Notes: generated by a model not told the origin, from the sequence alone. A stretch of DNA of 63,778 nucleotides, filler included, from Chiloscyllium plagiosum (GCF_004010195.1; 4 parts of one record of this genome joined end to end with filler, not necessarily neighbours in it); one strand, 5' to 3'. Shown: positions 12,850-27,418, numbered from the whole stretch's first letter. A program made the numbers and translations.

Positions 12850-14460
12850 CATTTACAGCTCTTGACCCATAGCACTGGAGGCTCTGGCAATGTACATGGA
12901 AGTCTAAATACTGCTTAAATGTACATGAATTTCTCTCTACCTCCATCTTTCAGGTACTGAGTTCGAGACTTCCACCATCCTTTGAGTGAAAATATTTCTC
13001 CTTAACTCTCCTCTTATCCTTCTACCTCTTACCTAAAATCTATAACCTTTGTTTATTGACTCCTCAACTAATGGAAGAAATTCCCTCCTTTCTATCCTAT
13101 GTATATCTCTCATAATCGTATGCACCTGCCCAATCAGGCCCCTGCCCAACCTTCACTGCTCCAGAGAAAACAACTCCAGCTATCCAATCATTCCTCATAT
13201 CTCAGAACTTCTAGCCCAGGCAGCATCGTGGCAAATCTCCTTTGAACTCTGTCTAGTTCTAACCTCATAAAACAATGACCACAAATGAATTCCACTGGGG
13301 TATAACCTACATTATATACAGTTCCATCATAACCTCCTAGCTCTTGTATTCACTGTCACGATTAATAATGACCAAGTATCTCATAAGCCTATTTGATCAC
13401 CCCATCTACCTGTCTTGCAGTCTTCTGGGATCTATGGATATGCACACATAGGACCCTCTGATCATTCATACTTGCCAGTGTCTTACCATTCATAGTCTAA
13501 TCCCTTGTGAGCCCTTCCGAAGTGTATTGTTTATTTAATCAATTATTTACAATACTGTCACTTGTACCTAGGCACAATGAAAAGTGGATAATGTTGCCAT
13601 GTTCCAGCACCCTCTTGGATTACAGAAAAAATAACTGAATAATTTGGATAAATGAGAAGATAGTGAATAAGATATTAAATTGACATCATCAAAACTGAAA
13701 CACCTTCAAAAGTTAATCTTTTCCTTTCCATAGAGTTCACCCTCTCTGCTCCTTCAATCGCAGCCATCTGACATAGTCCCCATGATTTTGGCAATGTGTT
13801 CAGTGCCTCCGAGCTGGAGACGGTCACACTGCTAGTCATGCACCTCCTCCAATGCTAGACATTGACTGATGGGTCCTGGCTCGTCATTTGATGCAGCCAC
13901 TTTAGGTGGAGAGGGGATGTAGACACATGGAGGGGAGGTGCAAGGGCAACCAAAACAAAAAACAGTTAACGAGCTGGAAAGACAATGATGAAGCAATGTG
14001 AATGCAGCAGAACCTACATGAGCCATGAGTAGCTGAGTCCTACGCTCAGGAACCAAACACTGCCGACCCTGCCACCACCATGTGCATTACCTGACATTTT
14101 TTCTTGGTCAAATTCTATTGGCTTCACTCTGTCCACCTGATTGGTACATTGTTATCCTCCTGCAGTTTATGGCTGTCCCCTTCAATGTTTACCACCTTCC
14201 CTAATTTGCTGTCATCTGTAAATCCCTTGAACATACATTTAAGTCCAGATCATTATGTGCACAGCAAATGCCCAGCACTAAGCTCAGTGGAGCTCCAGTG
14301 AAAACAGAATTCCAGTCAGAGGAACTTTCCTCTACCATCGTGCTCAGCCTCCTGCCTCTCAGCCAATTCTAAAGCCAATTGCCAGTTTGCCTTGTGCTGT
14401 TACATTCTTGATCTATTTGCCATGAGAGATCACATCAAAACCCGTGCAAGGTCCACTTGA
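12850..14460 (-). mobile_element. Decayed CR1 LINE, interrupted at ~13530-14080
   Basis: Reverse-strand CR1 3' region and KFADD-like motif (aatttgctgtcatctgtaaa at ~14205). Confidence 0.65.
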
Positions 14461-15059
14461 CTCTGGGTAGTGGGACAAGAAACCTTACCATCTGAAAATC
14501 ATGTTGCACATTTCTTTAGATGTGAAAGGCATAATAAAGCTTTCCTTTGTTTTCTAGCGATCCAATACTGGCTTTCACAAACTTTAACAGTTGTCCTATT
14601 ACTCCTTATAATTTGCAGCAAATTGAATTAAGAAAAAGCTATCATTTGAATCCATATTGATACATTTCCCGTCTATGTCATTTCAGATTAAAAAAATGGA
14701 GGAGGTGGTCTTTCCCAAAGAAAACTCTGCAATATTTGCTGAACCCTCATTCTTAAGTCAACCAAAAGAAAAAGGTCTAGCAGAAGCTATGTCTAACAAC
14801 TTGAACATTCAACACACACATGTACACAACAAAGGAACTACAAAACCATCATCACCTTAAATCCTTCACAAAACAACGTGATCATCGAAGAAATACTCAG
14901 CATTGACTCTCAGGTTCCTTTGCACATTAGCAGTCATTCCAATAATTCTTGTTTTTCATCTAACTGAAGATTAACCATAAACTAACTTAACAGAGATCAG
15001 GCTGAAAATGATTACCCAACTTCTGTCGCTATATTCCTTTTTCCACATAATACACGTAC

Positions 15060-16080
15060 AGCAGGTTGCTTCAAATACAGGACATTTTTCTGCCAGTTTA
15101 CATGGCAGAGTGATATAAAGTATTGCCAACACCGCCAACGAGCAACACTGACACTGCAATAACCTGTTCACTGACATTCAATTTGGCTTCCATCAGAGCC
15201 ACTCAGCTCTGGACCTCATTGCACCTCATAGACAAAAGAACTGAACTCAAAGAGAGTGACTGCCTTTGACATCAAAACAGTATTTGACCAGGTGAGACAT
15301 TAAGGACTCCAGGAAAATGGGAAATAGGTGGAAAACTATCCATTGTGACAGGCGATATGTAACACAGAAGTAGTGGTTTTGGTTGTTTTGTCTATGATGA
15401 GTCCCACGAGACCATTATAGGAGTTCCTCAGGATAGCGTGCTAGGCCCAACTACTTTCAGCTGTTTCAATGGCCTTCCCTCCATGTTAAGGTTAGAAGTG
15501 GGGATGTTCACTGATGCTTACACAATGTTCAGCACCATTCAAGTCTCTTCTGATACTGAAGCAATCTATGCCTATATGCAGCAAGACAAGGATCAGGTCA
15601 TGTAGTCCTACAGCAGAACTGTACAAAACTACACTGCAATGAATCTTGCAATGTTAAACGCAAATACAGGGCTCCATTGACTTGCTAATATTAAAGTGCG
15701 ACAACATAAAATGGACAACATTAAATTGGGACTTACTGTAGTGTGGTAACAAGTGCAGATCAGACAATGGGAATCCTGCAGTAGAAATCTCATTTCCTGA
15801 TTCCCCAAATCATGTACATCAGCTACAACAGACCGGTGAGGAGTATGATGGAATACTCCACACTTGCCTGGTTGAATGCAGCTGTAACACCACTCAAGAG
15901 GTTGGACACTATTCAGGGCAAAGCGTTCTGCTTCAGTGGCATTGATCCATTATTTTAGACATTATTCCTTCCAAACCTAATGCAGTGTGCACCATCTACA
16001 AGATTCAATGCAGCAACTCACCAAAGCTCTTTTGACAGCACTTTCCAAACCTACAACCTTTAGCACCCAGAAAAGTGCTT
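15060..16080 (+). mobile_element. CR1/L2-clade LINE RT fragment
   Basis: QFGF, AFDIK..FDQV, GVPQDSVLGP and EVGMFTDA motifs in degenerate frames. Confidence 0.7.
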
Positions 16081-16330
16081 AAGTTTACACTTTGACCCTA
16101 TTTTTAAAATTGTCATGCTCTCTGAGAGGGTTGGTGGGGAGGTTGGTGGTGGTGGTGGGTAGGCACGTAGAACAGGGGAGTCCAGTTACAAGGGGTGGTG
16201 GGGGGGGCAGTCTGTTACTGCAGAACTTGGTCATTATAGTTCAGTCTGAATTCCATGGCAGACATTGCTGCATGAAACTCGAGACCCACTTGTTGTCCCA
16301 ACCCTACTTTAGAAAGCTTTAACTCTAAGC

Positions 16331-17325
16331 TACCTGGATTACACCTCTTCCCACCCTACCTCCTGCATTCCCGTATTCCCAATTCCTCTGTCTCCACCGT
16401 ATCTGCTCCCAGGAGAACCAGTTCCACCACAGAACACACCAGATGGCCTCCCTCTTTAGAGATCACAATTTCCCTTCTCACGTAGTTGAAGATGCCCTCC
16501 AACACATCTCATCCACATCCCGCACCTCCGCCCTCAAACCCACCCATCCAACCGTAACAAGGACAGAACCCCCCAGCACTCACTATCCACCCTACCAACC
16601 TTCGCATTAACCACATCATCCGCCAACATTTCCGCCACCTCCAAATGGACCCTACCACCAGAGATGCATTTCTCTCTTCACCCCTTTCCGCTTTCCGCAA
16701 AGACCATTCCCTCCGTGACTACCTGGTCAGGTCCACAGCCCCCCAACAACCCACCCTTCCATCTTGGCACCCTCCCCTGCCACTGCAGGAATTGCAAAAC
16801 CTGCGCCCACATCTCCTCCCTCACCACCATCCAAGGTCCCAAAAGAGCCTTCCACATCCAAGGTTTCATCTGCACATCCACCAATGTCATTTATTGTATC
16901 CGTTGCTCCCGATGTGGTCTCCTTTACATTGGGGAGACTGGACATCTCCTCGCAGAGCACTTCAGGGAACATCTCCGGGACACCCGCACCAATCAACCCC
17001 ACCGCCTTTTGGCCCAACATTTCAATTCCCCCTCCCACTCTGCTGAGGACATGCAGGTTCTGGGCCTCCTCCACCGCCGCTCCCTCACCAGCCAAGGCCT
17101 GGACCCATTCACTTATTGTACTCCTTGCTACCTTCTCCCCAGCCCCACTCCCCCTGCCCATTTATCTCTCCACCCTAGAGGCTTCCTGCCTTTATTCCTG
17201 ATGGAGGGCCTTTGCCCAAAATGTCGATTTTCCTGCTCCTCGGATGCTGCCTGACCAGCTGTGCTTTTCCAGCACCACTCTGATCTAAACTCTGGGTTCC
17301 AGCATCTGCAGTCCTCACTTTTGCC
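16331..17325 (+). mobile_element. 5'-truncated Penelope-like element (RT C-terminus, GIY-YIG endonuclease, terminal repeat)
   Basis: CKTC...FICTSTNVIYCIRCSRCGLLYIGETG...HFREHL...HFNSPSHS is a PLE GIY-YIG. 18-bp TSD aaagct(t/c)taactctaagc at 16313-16330 / 17326-17343. Mutated hammerhead at 17198-17225. Confidence 0.9.
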
Positions 17326-18269
17326 AAAGCTCTAACTCTAAGCCTATCGCAGCACATGCATTGCAATACCTGAAAGTTCCTCCCTAAGCCACTTGGAATG
17401 ATATCACTCTTCCTTGATTGCTGCTTGATCAAAATCTTGGACGTGACCTCTTGCCAGTAGCATTGTGCATGTACCTACACCACTTGAACTGAAGCAATTC
17501 GTGACAGCAGTTCATCACCATCTTTCGAAGATATCATGACCAAGAACATTATCTTGGATCACCTACGGACATACTGAATTTTTAATTGCAACATTTGTTT
17601 TGTACAAAAGACAAGAAAGATCCAAAAAGTAATTGCTAATGTAATTTCAGTGGCTATATGAAGAGAAATGCTGAAATGATGAATGTAAAACAGTTATGAA
17701 GCTTCAATGGAGAAATGTACTACAGACTGACCTTAATCTCCTGTGAATGTCTCAGACTGTGAAGATTTTGGGAGAAAAGATAACTATCTGGGCAAGCGAT
17801 GCGCTTGCATTTACCACTTTTAAGAATGTACAGGGATGGGGTCAAAAGCAAGATTCAACTCTGGTCTGAATATGTATCAGTGGGCTGAGGTACCTGGGTG
17901 CAATAGTTTGAGTGGTAGTGTGCTGAGAAAGTCACAGTTGAACAACTATCTTTCTGAAAACTGATGTTTGAGAATATGGATCCTCTTGCTATAATTGCTA
18001 GATATCAGTCAACAAACCAGCTCAGAAAGAAACAAAATGAGCTAACCTGTAAAGGCAAGAATTTGGAAATCAACTGTTAATGTAGCTCCACTATCTACTC
18101 TTCACAAATGAACCAGAGACTTATCTATATATCCTTTAACTTTGTCCCATCTTTGGACTCACTTCTCATTTTAATTTCTACGTGTGTGTTGCATTACTAT
18201 TTCTTCTAATGTTTAGTAAATAATAAACTCACTCTTTTGCTATCTCAGGAAAGCCTAGTAATTCTGATT

Positions 18270-19053
18270 TTTGTGAAGATTTGTAGCTCAGGCTGTGGTT
18301 CAGGTTGTAAGTTTGCTCGCTCAGCTGGAAGGTTTTTTCTCAAGACGTTTCATCACCATGCTAGGTAACATCTTCAGTGAGCCTCCATTGAAGCACTGGT
18401 GTACTATCCCGCTTTCTAATTGTGTGTTTTGGTCTATTGTGGTGGGTGATATCACTTCCGGTTCTTTTTCTGAGAGGTTGGTAAATGGGATCCAAATCGA
18501 TGTGTTTGTTGATGGAGTTCTGGTTTGAATGCCAGGCTTCTAGGAAATCCCGTTTGTGTCTTTGTTTAGCCTGTCCAAGGATAGATTTATTGTCCCAGTT
18601 GAACTGGTATCCCTCGTTGTCTGTGTGTAAGGATACTAGTGACAGTTAGTCGTGTCTTTTGGTGACTAATTGGTGCTCGTGTATCCTGGTGGCTAGTTTC
18701 TTGCCAGTCTGTCCAATGTAATGTTTGTTGCAGTCCTTGCAGGAGCAATCATCTCAACACCCACAAACGGAGCTGCATCAGGACATTATTTAAATGAGCC
18801 ACAACACACTGCAGCACCCAGGAACTACGAGATGCTGAAGAGAAACACCTACCAAACGTATTGAAGAACGACGTATACCCGATAAGCACAGTCCGCCGAT
18901 TCTTACACAACAAACCTAAACAAGAAGACACAACACACCCAGAGACTCTAGTCATACTACCATACATTAAAGACATCTCAGAGATGACGACCAGACTATT
19001 TCGGCCCCTTAGTATCATGCTAGCCCACAAACCTGCCAACACACCGAAACAAT
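18270..19053. mobile_element. Penelope-like element (second family) with internal inversion
   Basis: 18270-18745 minus: YIGQTGKKLATRIHEHQL GIY-YIG and hammerhead at 18377-18344. 18749-19053 plus: LPYIKDISEMTTRLFRP RT C-terminus. Same family as 51419-52256. Confidence 0.85.
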
Positions 19054-19682
19054 AATAGCAAATGCGTAAGAGCCTTGCTTATTAACAACACATATTAAGA
19101 AATCACAGACACAGACCTTTGACTAAATCATAAACCATTTCCTTTAGAATTTTATGGGTTAGCCAGCACTGAAACTAATGTTATAATTTCTGTTCTCAGT
19201 TAAAATACAAATCCATTGCATTGCTTTTAAGCAAGTCTACGAAGGTCAGAAAAACATTTGTCTGTATATTGTCAGTGGAATACTCAGTATAAGAACTAAA
19301 ATATTAGCCAGTGATATTCATGCTGCTCCATCAAGTTCACACTTTAAACCTAGGAGATATATATTATTAAAAAAAAAATTCCAGAACGACTTGTGAGAAA
19401 ACAAATGCAGTTGAGTCATTTAATAAATTGAGAGTTTTGTGCACCATTTTAGCCTGTAACGCATGGAGAAGGACAAAGAGGTTGTATTCATTTCAATTCC
19501 AAGTGTATTAGCAAGGAATTCAACATCACAGTCTTTGGCGGATCAGGAAATCTCTGATAAAATCTTCTACCTTTCAGCATTTAACTGTGCACGTATAATG
19601 CTGCGAGCCTTGCACTATTATTACAACAAAATCTAGGGCAATATAATTTTCCTTCCAAAAGTTTTTTTTAAAATATGGTTAC

Positions 19683-19854
19683 CTCTCCTAAAAATTCACT
19701 CTCTTCCTCCCGGACTCGAGCTTGGTCCCACAGCGTGATTTCTAACATACGTTCTCGAAATTCTCTCCGATGAACTGGAGAATAAATGAATGTCTGGTTC
19801 CACTTTGGTTCAAGTGTTTTCTTCGCTGTTTTCGTTCTTCGTTTGCTTTTGTCA
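19683..19854 (-). CDS. RIMS2: RIMS2 coding exon, C2A domain (172 nt, phase 2 to 0)
   Basis: Translates (S)DKSKRRTKTAKKTLEPKWNQTFIYSPVHRREFRERMLEITLWDQARVREEESEFLGE. Acceptor tttgccag|T, donor GAG|gtaacc. SPVHRREF and LWDQARVREE match RIMS2 rather than RIMS1 as I recall them. Confidence 0.95.
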
Positions 19855-21842
19855 CTGGCAAACAATCACAGGACAGAAATTAGAAATGCAAGTAGAGCTT
19901 CAAAACATACACTAACAGGACATTTATTAATTTGATGATCTGGATGTCGCTATGAGGACAGAGGATGTTGATTGGCACTAGCTCCATTCCAAAATGATCA
20001 TTCAAAGTCAATTAGGAGATGTACAAGACAAGATCAGTGGATGCTCCATGTCAGAATTCCTCATAAAGTCAGTCAAGGCTCAGACTTTAGGCAATAATGA
20101 GGATGGCATGGAGACACACAGCATGGATTTCCACACAGCTGGCCAATGTTGGTTCTCTTAAGCCATCCTTCCCCGGGGCAATTGTTTTCTCAAGTCTGGT
20201 CATGCTGTGACAGGAACTGGCAGGACCACTCACCCACAATAACAGGTTAATGATTTAAACTAATCAAAAACCTATCAAGATCTATTGTCAAAGACAACTA
20301 GGATTTCCTTGTTTTCCTGACTTCACTTGCAGCCACAGGCTGTCTTCTGGAGAATACCTCCCCATATCCCCCAAAACGGTGGTTGGGTTTGAAGGATTAC
20401 TGTTAATATTTAAATTTATGAAAAGTTGGAGAGAGGGTGCTATTTAGTTCGTCGTCTTCCTCCCTTACCCGCAAAGCCATCCTGCTGCTGTTTCCAACAT
20501 TGGCACTCTAGCTTTAACGCTTCAACTGTTATTTTTAGTTGGACAGTAAGCCTATCCTCTGGCCATTAAATTGGCCAATTTAGTGGAAATCACAGATGTT
20601 CCCCACAGTTTAGGCTTCTGATCCCTGTCTAAGTCTGATGGTAAGAGTCTTAAAGCCTGAGCTAAGTGCAAATGTCACAGTAAAGCAGGATTAGATAGAA
20701 GTCAGAGAACAACTTGAATAGAACATATATGTAATTCAGCACTCATTTGAAAATCTTAAACATGGGAAAATGTATATTAACATTATACACTGTTATATCC
20801 ACATTTATAACAGAATAATTCTTAATAAGCTTGCCATGCCTTTACTCATGTTTAAATACAATGTGACAATTTTGTATAGGTAATTTCCATTATTAAGATG
20901 GATATATAAAGTTATAATAATAAATTGATAAGTGACTGGCATAGGATTTTAATACATCTAATACAATTTAATACAATCCACTGTTTTACCTCTGCCAGTG
21001 AAGCCATCAGGAGTGTCATCATCATGGTGGATCATAAAGAATTTCTAATGTCAATGCAATGAATCGTGACTGTTTTGTGGTGTTAATGGCTGAATGATAA
21101 TGATAAAAGTTCTATAGCCAATAAATTGAGGCTCATTACTTGTTTGGGTATGAAAGAAAGATTCCAACAGAAGTGAAATAATTTCAGTAATTATATGTTG
21201 ATAAAAATTTAACGTAAAGGTAGCAGCAATTACATAAATAGCTATGTGCCACTTAATCATATCCTGAGGCTAACTTTTTTTTACTGCTGCCAGTCAGATA
21301 TAGGAGACAAAATTATTTACAGCAATACTACAAAATGGACTCATGGTGAGTTGACTTTGGAATTAGTAGTCTTCGGTCTCATGAAATAATAGGGTTGACC
21401 ATTGAAGCGCAATCTAAGTGAAACAGCATCTGGCATGACCAAGGTCCACACGCTGAAATCTAGTTGAGGCTTTCTTCTAATATTGTTCCAAGTGGTCAGC
21501 TTAAAGAAATGAAAGTCCTCAACGACCATTGAAATATGTGAATCTATCAACAACCTTCAGCATAATATCGTCAATGCTGAATGGCAATACAGAAAGATCC
21601 TGGACTGTGACATTCATTGATAAGAGGCAAGAGAGAATCAATTTAAGAGGCTCCTCCTCCATTTTTATAGTACTTGCTGGTTTGCTTTGATAACTTATTT
21701 TTTCCCAGTTTTTAAAATTTTTTGGTCATCATTTGTTGGCTTTTCAAACTTTCCAAACCTTCTGGTTCACCACTAATGATTTTCATAAAGTATCAAGTTG
21801 AAAGAAAACATATGCAATCTTCAACTTTACCAGTTAAACATG

Positions 21843-21993
21843 TTGAAAATCACACAACACCAGGTTATAGTCTTTTGGAGCCCCGCCCCTTCTTCGGGTA
21901 GCAAGCTTGTGGTTACAAATAAACCAGTTGTACTATAACCTTGTGTTTTTGACTTTGTTCACTCCAGTCCAACACCAGCATCTACACATCATG
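21843..21993. mobile_element. Degenerate short PLE inverted-arm element
   Basis: aaaatcacacaacaccaggttatagtc... and ...tactataaccttgtgtttttgactttgttcactccagtccaacaccagcatct; same family as 3324-3525; imperfect TSD gttaa(a/c)catg. Confidence 0.7.
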
Positions 21994-24555
21994 GTTAACC
22001 ATGATCAGTTCATCCCCTTCCCAAGTTCCTTCTTCCCCACTGTGAGTTTTGCTGTGAGTCATGAACTGTTTTCTAAGATGTATACTAAAAAGTAGTTGGA
22101 TGCACCACATAAATCGCTTGTAAACTTTCCCAAAATTCTAAATTAATACAGAGGGAGATAATTCTAAATTCTTTAACAAAAAGGTTGTGAAGGCAATCTC
22201 GCAAGTACCATGAAGATAGAGAAGGTGCTTCTTTAAATATATAAAAGGAAGAGAGATGCCAAAGTGCCCCACCACCCTTTCCTTCCCGTCTGCCTTTTCA
22301 AAAAGTCACATTCCCCTGAATATTCTAGTTCTTATCTCTCATCTCCTTATAATCATGTTTCTATCATGAATAGAAGGTCATATCCATTAATTTGTATTTG
22401 TGCTGTTAATTAATTTTTGTTCTGAATACAATGCACATTTGAGCAAAAAACAACAAATTTTACATTTTTAGCATTGTTGCCCTCTTTGACCCTGTTTTTT
22501 TTTATGCTTGTACACTCTGCCACTACCTGGATATTATTCTGAAAGCAGTTATCCTGCAATGCCACTGAATTATTTTGCTAAGTATATATGCCGCCTTTCC
22601 CTTGAGAATGAATGTCCTTGCTGTGAGGCATGGTGACACCAACACGCCACCCGTCCTCCCCCCCTCAACAACTGTGGATTTCTTCTTCAGGTAGTGGGAT
22701 TTGATTCGAAGCATGTTACATATATGAAATCCTGCAGTGACCCTCACTTACTGGCATTCCAAACAGATGCAATCTGATTGGGATGTAAATTGATCAATCA
22801 ACCAATAAAGTTGCTAAAATTACATTATATGACATGAAATCTCATGAGAATCTAATTTAAGAGAAAAAAAAGCTACTTTAAAATTGTGAAAGGAATATTT
22901 TTAAGATAACCTTTAAAAATGCTGCTGAATCTTCAATAACTGCCCACTTTGGTTAGCATTTATGTGTGGAAGAGCTGACATTCAACTTGAAGCACCACAT
23001 TTCAAATTTGCAGTTGTGGCTAACCTGAGAAATTGGTTGCAAAATGATGTCTGTTGGTCCTTTCTCCCGAGGATTGGACCATGGACTTCCGTTGAATTGG
23101 TTCACATATGAACAAGGTACCATAGTGGCTTGCCACTGCCTCCTGCAAGATGGCTGATCAGGAGACTCTCCCGTTCCTACCACCTATCATCAGGCCTACT
23201 GAAAGGATTTACTGGCTGACAATCAATCTGACAAACACATTTGCAAAGCAATTACTACCATTAACAGACCATAGCATAGGATCCAAATCCAGAATTCTGG
23301 CCCAGAGGTAAAGATGCACTGCAGCATATAGCCTCCCATTCAAAATGATGTAGAAGACCTAGTTCTATCACTTCTGTAATATTATAAAACCATTACAAAG
23401 GTTTTATGATTCATGAGAAAGATTCTTGTCCTCAGAGGTGTGTGTCTTGGATGTAGTCCTACGGGAACCACTGACATGTGCACTTGATTCCCAATATGCA
23501 CTCCAGACTGTGGGCTAGCACAGTGAAATTAAAATCAAAAATGGCAAAATTAAGTGATTTGTTAAAAGAAGGTTATGGTGAAATGAACCAAACATTTGTC
23601 ACACAGTGAGTGCTTTGGGTCTGCCATGCACTGCCTGAGAGTGCAATGGAAGCAGGTTCAATTTGAGCCTTCGAAAGGATATTAGACTTATCTGAAAAGA
23701 AAGAATGTGCAGTCTTATAAGAGAAAGTCAGAGTGCTGGATTCATGATTTTTAGCTTTATCATTGAATCAATTCCAATTTGTCATAATCTAACATGTACA
23801 GCCACTAAACAGCAGAGCTTGAGTTGAAAGAGGGTCTTACTAAGACATTTTATGATTTGTTTCATAGACCCCAGCTCATTTGTAGACATACTATTAATCA
23901 GCATATTCTGTTTGCTCATTGTCCAAAATTCAGTAGGAGAAAAATACATCCCCATAGCATTTTGCTATAGTATATTTGTAAGAATTCGTTTTACACTTAT
24001 TTACTGTATACTTTAATTATCATTACCATTTGCATTTAGTAATCAAAATGATACAATCTGACTTCTTCCTTTTGAATAGCATTTTCAGCAAATTCTGCCA
24101 TGTGAAGTTAGTACTACTGTTCATTTAACATTTATATTTGTTTCATGATGGCAGGAAATGTATCCAGATCTTAAATATAACAAGATGTTTCTGTCAATTA
24201 TGTTCTTTCAGCTGATGCAGAATGCATTTTGGTGTAAATCGTCAGTTTTTAATAACAATTAACTTCTCCAAATGTTCACCTTGAATAAGTTATCAAACAG
24301 CAGTTAAGGAAGTAAGTGTATAAATCTTCAAACACCATTCTCTTAACCAAATAAAATCAGTAAGAGTAGAAGCAGGCCAGCTGCCTACCCAGTCAGAATA
24401 AGAATTCAGAAAAGCCCAAATTTAGATTACGAAGAGCAAAGTATGAGATTAAACTGAAAAATCAGGTCAAGTTCTCAAAAAAGCAAAACGGCAGTCAGGA
24501 AGCAAATATTTTACATGAACAATCCCCATGTGCAAGGGCAGTTAAACAACTCTAC

Positions 24556-24686
24556 CTTCGGTCAGGAAGGAAGTAGATTTTCACATAGGGGTTTCTTGGT
24601 CTTCCTTCTTCCCTGAAAGGAAGATCTTTCGCTCCCAATATTGTAACTATAAGCTGGTGGCCAACTTTGTCATACCAGAGTTTGAT
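24556..24686 (-). CDS. RIMS2: RIMS2 coding exon, start of C2A domain (131 nt, phase 0 to 2)
   Basis: Translates IKLWYDKVGHQLIVTILGAKDLPFREEGRPRNPYVKIYFLPDR(S). Acceptor ttccaacag|ATC, donor AAG|gtagag. Splices in frame to the 19854 exon (AG+T=Ser). Not in the ORF track. Confidence 0.95.
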
Positions 24687-26469
24687 CTGTTGGAAGACCA
24701 TAACATCATGTTATAATTGCTCTTGTTAATATTTATCTGATTGCATTGTTTTAAAGGTTGCTAGATATTCTCAAAATTCCTTCACAATATGAAATCATAG
24801 GTCATTTCAATTCATCTACAAAAATTACATTAAATCTAAGACAGTAATAACTGATGTACATGGGAAGTGCAACTAAAGTGGTATTATTACTTTGTTTCAT
24901 CATATAAAGGATTCCATCTGAGGATGGAATGAATCTCGGTATTTCATGCAATATCCAAAGAGAGATATTTTTCTTGCAGATAATAATTCTAATAACTACT
25001 AATAAAGGTATTTGGCAAAACTACATTATACTTTCAATTACACAAAATAAACTTCTTTTCCAGTGGTTATGATGTGGAGGATAGGGTTCACGTATTTGGT
25101 AAGAGACCAGGTCTAAAAGGATAACAATAAACATAATCAGTATGATAGCATAGCATAGCTCCATGGAAATGATCAAAAATGAGACATAAAGTTTTAGAAA
25201 TTAGACAATGATATTTATTCGTTTTCATTGTTTCAAGAAGTAAAACAAGCTAGAGACCGGAGACTAATCTGTAGTTCACTGCATTTTTAATGCATTTGAT
25301 GAGCATTGTATCATGAAAATTTGAAATCAAGAAATCTTTTCAAAATTGCACAATCTGCTTCACCCTCTCAACATCATATTCCTTCTGGCTCTCCTTTGCT
25401 TATGCTTTCTGTTTTTTTTTCTCAGATCTATCTTTGTACCTCGCTGTAATTCTATTTTTAAGTTCTCTTTTTCTCTCCCTTTCTTCTGCATCTCAAAGAA
25501 CTAGTTTCTGTTTTTGTTGTGCTTTCTCTGCTATTACTGTTTGTTCTACAGATCTTAACAATTTTCTTTATTTCAGAACCATTTTATTGGTTTTTATCTA
25601 GTCCTGTTCTCTTATTTAATTTCTCAGTTTCAATTGTTCTCTCACACTCTCCCATTATTCTAAGTATTATCCTTCTCCATCATTCACTCTCTCTAAGTGT
25701 TCCTTCCTTGCATTACATATCACTTTTCCACTTATTCATTCTTTCCATTTATGACTGTTTCACTCAGTGGACTTAATTTTAACCTGCTGTTAAATGAGCA
25801 ATAACAGCCTCATAAAGGGAAGGTAACCCCATTAATCTCTAATGAGGCAGGTAACATCATTTTCAAAGGTACGTACTATCAGGCACCCAATCTGTGAATG
25901 GTTCGGGTGATGTTAACTGGCTCACGATGAGAAGTCGGAAGTGCAACTGGGTCATGGCAGTGATTTGCGGTGAAGCTGGAAGGAGACGTAAGCTGAAAAC
26001 AGATAGACGGGACAATGAGGCCTTTATGTGGTGATTAATGGCTTAATGAGGGATCTCAATTTGGCACAAAAGCAAATGAGCTGCCCACATACCTCCCCAA
26101 ATGATGTCAGTGGGAAGTAGGCACCGGCACTGTCACCTATGGGCATAGTGCCAAACTTTACACCCCTATCTACCTCCAATTTCCATCCCAGGAGGAATAT
26201 AAAACTCTGCCCTTAATCCAAAGAGGAGCATAGATTGCAAATCATCAGTCTGATATGCATGTTCTATCATGGATGATTAAGAAACTGAAAAAGCTAATCC
26301 CATGCAAATTTTCTATTATATTTGTGATGTCAGAAGGCGCAGGAGTGCTCTTGCAGCACTTCAAAAAAAAAATCCAAGCTGTTGCAACCTGCTTCTTCCC
26401 ACAATATGGATTCTCATCCACAGTCAGGTTCCTCTTCTTTACTGAGAACAATCAATGCTGAACATCACA

Positions 26470-27200
26470 GTGCGTAAGACAGCATCCATGGAGAGACAGC
26501 AAGCCTATGATTCTAATCAAGATGACTCTTCATCAGAACTGATGCGAAGTGTGGAAGGAACAGCATTTTTGCTATAGTTTGGAATGGGTGTTGTGAGGGT
26601 AGTGGGTGTCGGGTGCTACTAGAGAAAAGATGTTGATAGTTCAGATAAAGTGATCAGAAAGTGAAAATGGTAGAACGACGCTGAACAATTCCTGATGAAG
26701 GGCTTATGCCTGAAACGTCGACTCTCCTTCTCCTCGGATGCTACATGACCTGCTGTGCTTCTACACCACCACTGAACTCCAGCATCTTGCAGTCCTCACT
26801 TTCTCCCAGAACAATGGTGTGCCTCCTTACAGACTTCAAAGGGCATGGGGGAGGGGAGAGAGGACATGATAACAGAACGTAACAAGCTAAAAGAAAGGGA
26901 AGAAATACTGCATAATTTGAAGGTGTTGATATCAATATTAAGTCCAGAAGTGTCTAGTCTGAAGATGAAATGTTTCTCCAGTTTGCGCTGTAACACTAGA
27001 ACACTGCAGCATGCCGAGGTCATACATGTGGGTATGCAAGCAAGATGCTGTGTTAAAATGACTGGCTATGGGAAGGTCGGGGTCATGCCTGCGCACAGAC
27101 TAGAGGTGTTTTGCAAAGCGGTCACCTCGTCTGCATTTTGTTTCTCCAATATATAGTCAGCCACATTAGGTCCAGTGAATACAATACTCAAGATTGGAGG
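26470..27200 (-). mobile_element. PLE 3' fragment (GIY-YIG) with a nested opposite-strand hammerhead/tail insertion at ~26685-26806
   Basis: Minus frame LYIGETKCRRGDRFAKHL at ~27105-27155. Nested plus-strand CTGATGA-AGGGC-TTAT-GCCT-GAAACGTC at 26692-26719. Confidence 0.75.
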
Positions 27201-27318
27201 AGGAGAAAGTGAGGTCTGCAGACGCTGGAGATCAAAGCTGAAACTTTATTGCTGGAACAGCACAGCAGGTCAGGCAGCATCTAGGGAACAGAAGATTCGA
27301 CGTTTCGGGCACATGCAC

Positions 27319-27418
27319 NNNNNNNNNNNNNNNNNNNNNNNNNNNNNNNNNNNNNNNNNNNNTTAATTAATTAANNNNNNNNNNNNNNNNNNNNNNNNNN
27401 NNNNNNNNNNNNNNNNNN
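27319..27418. other. Assembly gap, 44N + TTAATTAATTAA + 44N
   Basis: Identical 100-nt construct at three sites; the linker puts stops in all six frames. Confidence 0.95.

Noticed and set aside
13832..14056. NDEP motif resembling the RIMS2 LDDEPHW exon
   Set aside because: Surrounding residues do not match and there are no fitting splice sites.
16664..17254. 196-aa GIY-YIG ORF as a host nuclease gene
   Set aside because: Part of a truncated TSD-flanked Penelope element with an internal deletion.
17758..19087. Possible LTR interrupted by the PLE
   Set aside because: TG/CA ends and AATAAA are present but the TSD is imperfect; not supportable by eye.
19668..19865. ORF-track 65-aa ORF as a standalone gene or as RIMS1
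   Set aside because: It is an internal exon bounded by AG/GT, and the diagnostic residues favour RIMS2.
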